Source: Amoebophrya sp. A120 (taxonomy: Eukaryota; Protista; Dinoflagellata). Taken from it: 64,000 nucleotides of DNA. Shown piece by piece: positions 1-11,440 of the stretch. The stretch lies in assembly GCA_905178155.1 (NCBI GenBank), contig CAJINV010000014.1:1753984-1817983 (forward strand). Direction: 5' to 3'. The position numbers and the translations under genes are program-made. The number at the start of each line of letters is the position of its first letter. The first letter of the stretch is position 1. Under the pieces are notes generated by a model. That model was given only the letters and a program-made list of their open reading frames with translations. It had not been told where the DNA came from and made no database searches.

Positions 1-3000
1 GTTGTAGAACGGGTGGTTTTTGGGCAACGCCTGCAAGTTTCCCGCCCCGTTCAATTCCGAGGGAATGATGGTGTCTTTTGTTCCGAGCTTTCGACCACGC
101 AATAATGGGCCGTCGATGTGGAGGATTTGGTTCGTGTCGGACAGACGGCAGACGGGCTCAGGGTTGTAGTTTCTCCCGATACTGGTAGCTCCTTCAACCG
201 TGGTTTTTGAAACAACTGCTGTTGGGAAGAAATCCAGTTGCAGCATCGCTTTTTCCGCGCAAGATCTTTCCACGCAGTTCATCACGTCGGGGATGCAGGA
301 TTGGAGCACTTTCTCACTCGGTTCGCAAATTTTCTTCTCCCCAGGAGAAGACAAAAATCCCGCAAACACCTTTGGTAGCTCAAACAGCATCTCCGAGACG
401 CAGAACGCAACCAATTCGTCGTCACTACTCGTCAACCGGTCCGGGTGCGCCGCACCGGCGGAGGTTTGCGCGGTTTTTGTGGTTTTCTTCACATAGGAAA
501 TCGAATAGTAAGAGGACGCTTGGGTGATGGGGTAGGCGGTGGTGTTTCGTGCGTCGTTTTCTAGTGAGTCCAACATGGTTATGGCTTTGGATAAAGCGAT
601 GGTCGCGTTAGAGCAGTGGGTGGCCAGGTTGGTGAATCTCTGCAGCTCGTCGTGGTAAAAAAAGTTCAGCGATCCGTGGGTTTCCCGTTGAAGAGTGGTC
701 GGGGCGGTGGCCTGGATAGTTTACTTCTGTTGGTTCCACTAGTACGAGTTGTGATTGTGCAGTTTTGTTTTTTCGTACAAAAAACGGCACAACTAAAAGG
801 AAAAAACATCAAACCAGCAGCAGGGACGAAATTTTGTTCTGTAACTGTATGTTGTCACTTCACAACTCTATACCATTTTTCCATCGATCTCTGCCATCTC
901 CTCCCCGAGTAGTTTCGAAAGCATGTTCTTCTGAATCTCCAGCAGCGGCATCAAATCACTGATGATGTCCGCAAAAACCCTCGTCTGCTGCAAGTCCAAG
1001 CCGGTCGTCACCTCGTTCTCCTGCTTCAGAAACTGCAGGATGTCTAGGTTGGAAATCGACACTTTGTCCACGTTTGTCTGCTTCATCTGCAATTCTCTTC
1101 TTCTTGTGCTGTACAAATGCTGCTCCATCAAGGTGGCGATCTTTTCCCTGGCTTCGAAAATCTTCCGCTTCTGCTCCTCATTCGAGAGGGTTTCAAAAAT
1201 CTCCGTTGAAGTCCTCGCAGTGACTGGAGTTGCTTGTGCGGAAGTTGAAAGCGCGGAGTGGGTCGTGGCTTTGTAGTCGGTGGTGATCGCGGTTATGACG
1301 TCTTTGTCAGCGGTGAAGGTAGCTGGTTCGCATGACAAATAATCTTCTGCAGTTGTACTGTCAGCCACCAATTTCCTCCCTTTGGTTTCCAGGTCGCTTG
1401 CGAGAATTTTTCCGTTCAAACCATTCACCCCGAACGCCTGGAGACAATACGCTACAGCCTCTTCCGGGTCGAAGTTGTTTTTGAAGAAACCAAAGTATAC
1501 CGCGCATTCTGGCACCGTGACAAACCCGTTCCGGTCGGGGAGAAGGAAGGAATTCGCGATTTCTCCACCGAGGGTTGAGGACAACGCGTAGAGAGATTGA
1601 ATCGACAAGACCGGGCTGGATGTTGTGCCACACTTGTTCTCGACATTCCTAACCAGAAGACTCGCCATGCGACAGAACTGTGGATCTGGTTTCTTTTCGC
1701 CACCGCCGCCTGCACCAGAAGTTGTCTTGCACAGGCCGAGAAATTCTTTCACCATGTCCAGGGTGAACTCCTTTGCCATGCCCGTCATTCCGGCGGACGA
1801 AGTCGCAAAAACAGATGCACTCTCCGACAAAGCCTCATCGAACAACTTCCTGCCGAAAATCTCACTTTCCGCATCCAGCGAGCACCGTAGCTTCCCGTTC
1901 TTGCACGCCGCCTCCGCCTCGAACAAGTCGATCGGGTGGTTGCGAATGGCCACCTCCCGCTGAAACTTTTCCAACACGAGCAGCGGGACGCAGGGCTCGG
2001 CTAGCAGAGCCAGTTCGTTGTTCCCGTTGAACAGTTGATCTCGCAGCAGCGGGGAGAGTTTTTGCAGTTCCGATTTGTACACTTTTCCGGTCTTCTTATC
2101 CACGGCAAGGTTCAGAATTTCTCTCTGCAATTGGTATTCGTGCTCGGACATGAGCCAGTTCGTTGTGGCGCCGCTACTTGCGGTTGTCGGCTGGGCGGTG
2201 TAGATCAACTCTAATCTCTCTTCCAATTCGTGGTATAATTGCGTGAAATCCGGACAGGGAAGGGCGAAGTCGGTCAAGTAAAAGTTTCGATGCGACCCGA
2301 ATTCCTTCACCGTCGACATGGACGCGATCTGGTAGTAGTTTAAAGCTTTGTTCCCGACGCAGCTCATGCCGTCGATAAACGGGTCGCAGGGACAGTTTTC
2401 CCCGTAGTCGTCCCCGCACTGCTGTTCCGCGGAGGTGGCGTTCTCGCCCTGAGCCTGGATCGCGGCGGTCAAATTGCTGTTGTAGATCTTGTATGGGTAG
2501 AGTTTCCTGGGATTTGTAGAAGTTTCGTGATCTTTACTACTTTGGGATTGTTGTGTTAGTAGTTTTCTGTCGCGTTTGATGCTGTTGAGAATGTGCTGCT
2601 GCAGATGGTTCTGGTTCAGATCTGTTCGTCTTGCGGTGGGCGCAGCAGAAGAAGAAGAAGAAGAAAAAGTAGATGCCGCTCTGCCGCTTGTTCTACTTCT
2701 TGCCAATACCACTTTCCGCAAATTCTTGTCCACGATCCGCTTTTGGTAAACGAAGTCGTGCAAGTCCTGTCTTGTCGGGACGGTTATCCTTGTTGTGCCT
2801 CGTGCGGCTGCTCGGGCCGCCGCCGCGCTCCTTGCTTCTACCTCTTCTTCAACCTCTTTCAGCTCCCTACGAACTCTTCGTAAAGATGAGCTCACATGCG
2901 TTTCCTCCAGAATGTCGGTGAAATCCAAGCCTCCTTTCCGGATCCACAAATCCACAATTTCTTTGTGGCACTGCTTCTTCCGCAACATACAGGGGCACTG

Positions 3001-6000
3001 CTCGTAGTCTTGCAAAGTGCAGGTGAAGGCGCCCGTTCGTTTGTGGATGCAATCGCACTCTTCCAAGCAGCCCGGCCCGAACTCCGCGGATTTCAAGTTT
3101 GCGGTGAGGTCCTTGTTGTAATCTGCTAAATTCGATGCTGTCCCAGTCGTGTTGAACAAGGTCACCCCGCGGTACTTGCCCTGCTGGACCCCCTCGGTAC
3201 TAATGGGCAGCATCTTCTCCTGCAACGCCAAGAGTTGGCACGCTTCCGGGGCTTCGTTAATCGGCGCGTTGAGCTGGTACTGCGCGAACTCCGCGAAGGA
3301 GACTTCGTGGCTTTTTGCGCTGGTTTTCATCAGCTGTCCGAGGTTGTTGAATTCAAACGAGGTCGGGTTGAGAGCGGCGGCAAGCGGGGTGATGAAAGAT
3401 GGAGCGGTGGGGGCGGCTGTAAAAAAACAGGGATGAAAGTAAATGCGGCACGCAACATGATTTTCGTTTTCCAAGAAAACCACGTACAACTTTTTACTTA
3501 ATCATCACTCAGAAACCGTACACCGAGCACGTTGGCGAAACAAAAAATGAAAACGACCCAAAGGTGGAGGTGTTCTTCAGAACATCACGCTACCAGTCAA
3601 TCAATACTCGAAACAGCGGCATATTCCAACGCCCTTCTTTTTCTGGTCGGGATCGCGCAGTACTCTGTATCCCCGTTCTCCAGAGCGGTCATCGCGTCAA
3701 AATCGTTCCGGATCGCGATCTCGGAACTGGGCGAGAGCAACCGGTTGACCTGACACGCAGTCAACACGCAGGAATCGATGATGGCACTGTAAGTGGAGGA
3801 CTTGTAGCCGCTGTAGGTGTTCTGGGCCGCGTGACCGGCAAGGAATCTAGTAGAAGTTGTTGCACTGCTGCTGCTCTGGTTTTCATCGTTATTTTCCTGA
3901 AACTCGACTTCCAGCCCCTCCAGGAGTCTACCCGTCATGCACTTCATCTTTTTCGGAGCGAGAAAAAGCATTTCCTCTCTCGCGTTCAAGCACGCTTTTT
4001 CGATTTGCGACACCGACAGCTTCATCAACTCCGCTAGCAACTGCACCTCGGACCCGTACAAAACTTGGCTGGTGCCGTCCTGCGGACAGGTCTGCGTGCT
4101 CAGAAGCCGGGTTTCGATCCGCTTGTTGGCTTCGGACTGGTTTTCGAGCAGCTTTCTCCTTGTGCTGCTTCTTCCAGGTGGGACGATTTTTGCAGCATCT
4201 GCAGATGAACCACTTGCGATTTCTACTGGTCGGTCCGCGGAAGTAGATACAGAAGCTCCAGATGGCGCACGACCAGCATCGTCGTCGCCGGCGTTTTGGT
4301 GTGGTCCTCCCACCTCGTACACCTTCAACCTCCTGCCCCTGGCTTCCTCCAGCAACCGCCGCTGCATTTGTGCGGTGGGCTGCAAGGGCGACGGGATTTG
4401 CGACAGCATGCTGGCGTCCGTGTTGACATGGAAGAAGACGGAGCAGATAAACGTGCTCGAGCCGCAGTTCGTGTTCAGCAGGGTTTGGGAGTTCTTGGAA
4501 ATCGCACTGCCGCCGATCACCTCCGCCGCGGCCTGCAGAGTGGCGGAGTTCTGCGCAAAGCACTGCAACGTGTTCAGCTGGTGCGGGGTCGGGGTTAGAA
4601 GGTGGGAGCCTGAAGATAAGAGTTTATCAAAATAGCTTGCTGGTCGGGCTCGCGCTCGGGTGGTTACTTAATAATTTTTTGCGCATCACAAAGAATTTCG
4701 AGCACTGCGTCAAGTTCCAGCAAAAAATGTTGATCTTTATCATAATTATGTCACATCATGAATACTCAGACGCCGTTTTTCCTCTTCTTCTGCCCGAACA
4801 GGTTCGGTACTGCTCTGGCTCTGGAGGATTTCGACATTTTGATTCTCGTACACGGTTCGTACAACGCCAATCTCCTCCCCACTCTCCTCTTCCAGCACCC
4901 GCCGGTAATCGTGACAGCTGCCGCTCTCGGCCACCGCTTTCAGCTCCGCCATCATCAATTTCAGCTCCTGCTTCGGGTCATTCGCGCGCTTCACTTGGTT
5001 GTTGGTATCAATCTCGAACTGAAACACCTTCTGAAACTTTTTCAGCTCCGCATCGGGAAGGGAGGCAAAAAAAGCGTCGGTCTTCAGCTCGGTTAAAATT
5101 GTACTACTCGTCCCAGAAACGTCGAAGTACGTCGGCGGCACCGTTGTCCCGGCGTCGTGCGTCACGCCTCCGATAGAATTGGTCGACGTTGCCAGCTGGC
5201 GTCGTTCGTGTTTCAATTTTTCCCCTGCTTTCAAGTTTCGGTTCTGAAGCCAGTCGTAGTAAGACGAAAACTTGTTCTGAGCACTGGCGTCCTGTGGCGT
5301 CAATGTTGATGAAGATGATGCTCTCGCCTCGCTTCTAATTTCTATTTCCTTCAAAAACCGTTTCTCCTCGTTTCTTCTCCTTTCCACTTTGTGCACCAGT
5401 TCTTCCAACAGCATCCTACCCCCGCAGGTCTTTTCGTGCAGCAAACTGACCTGCGCTAGCGGTAGAAACGCTTCTTTCGCCGACAGCTTCCCATCCCCAT
5501 TGGTATCGCGGTAGAGGAACATGCACTCAGAAAACTCCGCCGCGACGGTTGCAGACCCGGCGACTTGCGGGTTGTACAGGGACGGGTTGGAAACGTACTC
5601 TTGTCGGGTGATGAGAGAGGCAGAAGCTCTTGTTGGCAGCTTAAAACTACTGGTTTCCTTTTCTATTTCCTGCAACGTCACCTTTCCGTCGTTATTGAAA
5701 TCCAATTTCGTGAAAAGCTTCTTTTTCATCGTCTCAGACATCTCGATTGCGGAAGGGAGTTTTAATTCTGTCGCTCGAAACGCGACTTTCTGATTCGCCG
5801 GAATGAGGATTTTCGCTTTCGCTGGTTCTTCAGTCGCCGATGTCTCCGCCACCGCTTTTTCTAGATTTTCCGTCATCGGAATGATCTTTCTCACCGCGCA
5901 GTCAATCTCACTCGCGGTAAAGGCGGAGTCAGAGTCGAAGTCGCATTTCTTCACCATGATATCCGCGATGAGGTTTCTCGTGTTCAAGTTCTCGTCCTTC

Positions 6001-9000
6001 ATCAGCGGCTTCAATACGTTGAACTGTTCCAACTCTTTCAAAAGCACCTCCAGCGGCATGCTCTGGCACAGGTTCGGCGACGTTTCACACACCCGGCCGG
6101 TTGCGATGATTCGTGCCTTGTCTAAATTGCTGTACACGATTGAGGAGGCGTTGGATGCAGTTGAAGATGTTGACGTGTGTGCGGCGAGATTCCTGATGTT
6201 CCTACTTGGTGTAATCCCGAGGATGTTCTGCACTTGGGGCAAAGTAGAGCCTTCCAGCATGTTCGCGATCAACCGACTGCCGCAGATGCCGAACAACTGC
6301 AACTCCCCCGGGTCGACGTACTTGTCGCTGTCACAATCCAAAGATTGGAAGAAACTGACCGACGCCGGTTGGCGGTTCAGTGCTAGTTGATACGCGTTAT
6401 ACTCCGAAATCGAGCAGCTGTGCTTGGGCCGCGTCATCGAACTCGCGTTGAAACTGGTGATATCAAATGCAAAAGCATCGCACTCGTACTAATCGCAGGT
6501 CTGCATGACAAATCTGATTCCCAAGGTAAATCAGCATGGCAAATTTCATTTTTCATGCTCAGGAAGTTTGTCATGCGATTTGTACTAGGACGGTGCTTTT
6601 GCAACGCATAGGTGACAGAACTCACCAAATTTGCACAGTAGTCGAACAAGTTCGCACGCGACGGAAAGGCGATGTTGGATCCCCCGGTGGGTGGGTCGAA
6701 GGTATTTGCTTTGACGATCACCTTCGGCGTGCAGTAACTGCATTTCCCGATGCCAAAGGGGCAAATCGTGTCCGAAACGTTGAAGTTGGTTTGTTGAAAC
6801 GTTTGCTCCAGCGACGCCGCGTTGGACATCAGAGCCTTTTCCCGGGACAAAACGACGCCAGATTTCACGTCCTTCTTCACGACAAAGACCTCGTCTTTCA
6901 CCGCGTGGTTCGTAAAATCGTTCGGGAAGACATATTGTCTTTGGAACCGCAGCTCTGTTCTCAATTTTTGACCATTCGTTCCTGTCTGTTCACCCGGCAG
7001 CTTGCAGCTCACCACCAACGTATTCCCGATACCAACTGTCGCACCGACCCCGATGCCATCGGGGTCGGAGCTGCTATCGACTTCAAATTTCTCGCACTTT
7101 GCAAAGTTCAGAAAGGAGTTGCAGCCGGTGGCAAGCGGGATGGTAACGGATTTCAAATTCGCGAGGTACGTCAAGGGAAGGGAGAAGATGTAGTTGAAGA
7201 CCTCTACGGCTCCGTACTTTGTCAACACCGCTTCCGCCACGGCAACCCTGTACCCCTCGGTTGTCAGCATCATGCCCTTCTCCACCACACCGCACTCCTC
7301 GTCCCCGTCCTCGTTTTCGGTACACTGGGCGTTATTTAGCGGTGGGTCTTGGGTGTAGGTGAGTTGCTGGAGGGATCGGGTCTGGCGGGGGTGCTGTGAC
7401 AGCAGGTGGGATTCGTCTGCTGTGGTCCTTCTTGCGCCATCTTTTTCTGTTGTACTAGGTTCTGCACTATCGTCCACTCCCCGGACCTGCTTTCCGAGCT
7501 GGTAAAAAAAGTTGTTCATGCGCTTTGGAAGACCGCAAAGGGATAGTAGGGCACTAACAGACCAGGAAGCCACGTCTGCAGCGTCATCATCGGGCACAGC
7601 TTCGGCTGCTAGCAGTAGGCCTCTCGCACCAGCTCCTGCTGGTGACTGATCGACTTCCTGTAGTGAAGCAGACCACAGGCTGCTGCTCGACGACAAAATC
7701 GATAATTCTGAGCCAGCAACTCCTGCGCTATCTGCTTCCGTCAATGCTCTCCTCCTTCTTGCCTTTGTCGGGTCTCGTGGGTGCATGTCTTTTGACTGCT
7801 CGTTCGCTAAAGCGGTCATCAGGAAGTTCAGAATTGCTAAAATGCACAAGAAAATCACGGACCCGAGGAGAAACTTTCGGATGACCCGGTGCTGCTTGCT
7901 CATGGTCTGCTGCGCCCGCGCCGCGTGGAGAACGTCGGTCATGTACACAATGCCGTTGCTGTTGTGGTCCCACATGGCCATGATCTCCTGCACCTTCGCG
8001 GGGAACTTGGTGTAGTCCATATGGAAGCCTCAGGTTGGAAATGCTCAAAGTTGCAATGATTACTATTTAAACTGCAGCAAACCAGAACTTTTGAAGCTTT
8101 TGGGTGTGTTCTGGGGTATGCAAAGTGGGTCCGTAGCATCGTGATTTGTAATTTGCAGGCCACACCCCGAACACACCCCAGACAGACCCCCGACACACAC
8201 CCCCCGACAAGAACTGCTGAAGCTTTGGGGTGTGTTCTGGGGTATGCAATGTGGCTGCGTAGCATCGTGATTTGCAATTTGCAACACACACCCCGAACAC
8301 ACCCCGGACACACCCCAGACACACCCCCGACAAACCCCCCCGTCACACCCCAGGGACCCCCGTCTCACACCCCCGACACACCCCAGACAAACCCCCGGCG
8401 CGCCCTCGGCTACCACATTCAGAGCAGGGGGCAGAGAGCCTGGGTATCCAGAGCAGAAAACATACCTGGATCCGAATCGAATAAATATCCAGAGCGGGCT
8501 CAAGTGTCCGGAGTGAGCGGGCTTCTCGCACGGCCCAGGGGCAAAAGCCCTAGGTCAGCGCGGGGACTCGGTCCCCGCGTCATGACCTAGGGGCCAGCTT
8601 CGGGCGTTTCCCGGAAACTAACCGCACGGCCCAGGGGCGAGAGCACAGGTCAGCGCGGGGACTCGGTCCCCGCGTCATGACCTAGGGGCCAGCTTTGGGC
8701 GTTTGTTTCCCGGAAACTATCTAACCGCACGGCCCAGGGGCAAAAGCCCTAGGTCAGCGCGGGGACTCGGTCCCCGCGTCATGACCTAGGGGCCAGCTGC
8801 TGCGGGCGCTTCTTTCCCGGAAACTAACCACACGGCCCACGGGCAAAAGCCCTAGGGCAGCGCGGGGACTCGGTCCCCGCGTCATGACCTAGGGGCCAGC
8901 TTTTGGCGCTTCCCGGAAACTAACCGCATGGCCCAGGGGCAGAAGCCCTAGGTCAGCGCGGGGACTCGGTCCCCGCGTCATGACCTAGGGGCCAGCTTTG

Positions 9001-10527
9001 GGCGTTTCCCGGAAGCTAATAAATCGCACGGCCCAGGGGCAAAAGCCCTAGGTCAGCGCGGGGACTCGGTCCCCGCGTCATGACCTAGGGGCCAGCTGCT
9101 GCGGGCGCTTCCCGGAAACTAACAGCACGGCCCAGGGGCAGAAGCCCTAGGTCAGCGCGGGGACTCGGTCCCCGCGTCATGACCTAGGGGCCAGCTACAG
9201 ACGCGGCGCCGGCGCTATCGGCACCCGGCCCGGCGCCAGCTTCTTCCTTTCTTTTCTCTTTGTTTCACTGTTCGCGGTGGGCCAGCGGATCTAGTGTGGG
9301 CAAGCAGAGGGGCTCCGTCCGTAGGTCTGTCGCGGATCAGGGAGCGCAGGACACACAGAGGCACCGAGCTGCAGGGGCCTGCCCGCCCTGTGCGCCACCA
9401 CGACAACCCCCGAACTCGTCCCAGACAAATGCCGGAAGGTCGCCGCACGGGGACTCTGTCCCCGTGCTCGGACCTTGTTTGTAATGCATGAAATGCGACG
9501 CATGGAGTGACTGTATTGCAGAGCACGCAATGGGGGCTGACTATTGTCCTGCTACGTGTTAAGGATTGGGCTGCTGACGAGCATGACAGAAGGGCACCCC
9601 TTTGCACCAAACAGCATGACAGACACGCTTTAGGTGCCCCGTAAATTTGTCATGCGCCGACTAGAAATGGAGCGTCAACCGGAGTCGTTTTTTTGCATTA
9701 CAAGTTATTTCAACTTTGAGAATTTTCCGCCTGAGGCTTTCATAGTCCAGTTCTGCGAGGTTCAGTTTCACCGCGAGCTTCTCCCGGCTCATGTAGTCGA
9801 GCATATCCTCCACCTCCTCTATTACAATGAAAAATGCCCTCCACCCCGAATTTGGGAGCATTTGTATTGCAAACCTTTCCAAATGAAACACTCGCCCTCT
9901 TGCATCTATCAGCATCACAGATTTCCGATCGCGCTCGTGAATAGCAAAAATTTGCATTGCAAAACATCCCAGCAAGAGTGGCGCTGGTCATGCAAGCGAT
10001 GCGATACTTGCCTAGACTCTGCATCAGAAAGATTCATACTCCTTTCATGCATGACAAAAAGTTTCCATTTGGAAACTTCGCATGACAAATTTTTGCAAAT
10101 CTGGGGGTAGGGGCATTTTTCATTGTAATATCGTCCCTCTCCAGACCATCCCCATCCGTGTCCAGCCTCTTCGACCTATCCTGTGCAAAAGTACTTGTTT
10201 CGCACTCGTTGTACTTCTAATCGCAGTCTTCAGTACGCACGACAGATCTTCTACGACCCGCACGACAGACGTACCCGCACGACCACAGATCGTCCTTTTC
10301 AGTTTTACATGACAAATTGATGCATCATCTTGAGAAAAGTTGTATAATGCGATTTGTGCTGGGACGTCGACGTACTTTTGCAGTGCATAAAGTCCCTCCC
10401 GCAACCATTCCGGCACGTTCAGATTTTCGACGTCGACAATCTCGATTTCGGAAAGATCGTCCGTTTCCTCGATGCCCTTCATCGTCACCTCCTTCGGGGC
10501 GACCTTACCCCCGGGAGCAACCGTCAT
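1..10527 (-). CDS. Giant (>2,500 aa, 3' end outside window) single-TM EF-hand-containing protein with repeated RxL motifs; 7 introns
   Basis: ORFs 10120-10527, 9661-9975, 6434-8020, 4746-6437, 3597-4568, 868-3489 and an open frame 711->1 join in frame. This needs removal of 4 introners + one DR (10177-10389, 9820-10130, 8020-9744, 6461-6610) and 3 GT-AG introns with GTAT donors (4610-4765, 3417-3607, 712-873). EF-hand loops: DTDGDGLERD, DHNSNGIVYMTD, DCDSDKYVDPGE, DFNNDGKVTLQE, DTNGDGKLSAKE. TM segment FLLGSVIFLCILAILNFLM. Confidence 0.75.
712..873 (-). other. Canonical GT-AG intron (ATG|GTATAG...ATCCAG|GCC), phase 0
   Basis: Joins ORF 868-3489 to a stop-free frame running to the window edge. 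Confidence 0.65.
3417..3607 (-). other. Canonical GT-AG intron (A|GTATT...TTTTACAG)
   Basis: 191 nt; restores frame between ORFs 3597-4568 and 868-3489. Confidence 0.6.
4610..4765 (-). other. Canonical GT-AG intron (A|GTATT...CTTCAG)
   Basis: 156 nt; restores frame between ORFs 4746-6437 and 3597-4568. Confidence 0.65.
6461..6610. mobile_element. Introner family A (TAT..TGCAAAAG.ATCG TIR), DR ggtga
   Basis: Element+DR = 155 nt; restores ...SSVT-SFNASS... Confidence 0.9.
8062..9479. mobile_element. Nested non-autonomous element with tandem arrays and terminal hairpin (Helitron/Helentron-like)
   Basis: Interrupts family-B consensus at a T-run (aatgatt^tgtaatgc). Contains two ~125-bp repeats, ACACACCCC-rich tracts, a 7x ~100-bp hairpin array and terminal hairpin gcacggggac-tct-gtccccgtgc. 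Confidence 0.55.
8527..9196. repeat. Tandem array, 7 units of ~100 bp, each with a long GC-rich stem-loop
   Basis: Unit core gcacggcccaggggc...ccctaggtcagcgcggggactcggtccccgcgtcatgacctaggggccagct. Confidence 0.95.
9820..10130. mobile_element. Introner family C, DR tcctc/tcgtc
   Basis: Perfect 20-bp TIR tattacaatgaaaaatgccc; element+5 = 316 nt restores frame. Confidence 0.88.
10177..10389. mobile_element. Introner family A, degenerate DR
   Basis: tatcctgtgcaaaagtac...gtacttttgcagtgcata; element+5 = 218 nt restores REGL-KRLDTDGDG. Confidence 0.75.
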
Positions 10528-11440
10528 CTTCGTCTCACTGGAGGAGCAGCGCAGCTGCTTCGAGGTTTAGTAGCGCTGCTTCGACGACGTTATGCTATGG
10601 GGGTGGTATCGCTGGCACTTCCCGCGCTTCCCGTTCACCACTCTAGAACGAGCTGTGCAGGTGCGCCATTTTTTGTTGAGAGAGTTGTGCGTTCATACCA
10701 ACAAATACGGAGGGCGACACTTCATCTTGACTCCTTTCACGGACTTCTACCCGGTACATCGACAGAAGTCGTCCTCAACGCAACACTCCTACTTCCAACT
10801 GCAACAAGAACGCAAGCTCCCTCCTCGTCTTCCGCCTCACACTCAGAAGAAAAACTGGCCACTCACACTCGGCGCTTGCAAAAGATAACAATGCCACCTC
10901 TACTTAGACTGCTGACGTAGTTCCAATCTTCGTGACTACTGTTCTAGTTTCATCATTGTGCTAGTAGTAAGCACACTCTCAACATTTCAGCATTAAAGGT
11001 CACAATCATTACAAGGCGGATTTTGACATGTCGTTAACCTGTACTTTGAAACGCTTCGTTTGAAACAACTGTCATTCATTGTGTTCCCAAAAATCTATAT
11101 GTCGATAAGTTTGTTTGTTTAATGTTGAAGCGTGCAGTTGTTAAACATCATACATTCATTCGGAAGCGCACGTGTTGGAGGTAACTGCAGTTCTACTACT
11201 TCAGAAGATAGTTTAGTCGAGCCCAAGAACTTCCACTTACTACTAATCTATCATTGGCTTGCTGCCAAAGGAGTAGTTTTTGATAACTCAACAGTGGCAC
11301 TGTACTGAAACGAAACGCAGTGCCACGCCCCGGCCCCTTAGGCACAAGGCGGAGGCACAGGTGGAGGTGGCACAGAGTTGTAACGTCTTAGATTAAGAAT
11401 AAGACTTGTAGAATCGCCGCTCGTCATTCATCTCTCTCAC

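Larger units (their letters stand above)
8020..9744. mobile_element. Introner family B expanded to 1.7 kb by a nested insertion, DR gtcca
   Basis: TIR tatggaagcctcagg...cctgaggctttcata; element+DR = 1730 nt restores LAELD-YTKFP. Confidence 0.88.

Noticed and set aside
8160-8400. Telomeric repeats
   Set aside because: Irregular ACACACCCC(G) tracts without a fixed telomere unit; internal to the nested element
8527-9196. CRISPR-like array of palindromic repeats
   Set aside because: Inter-repeat segments are variants of one sequence rather than unique spacers; no cas genes; eukaryotic intronic context
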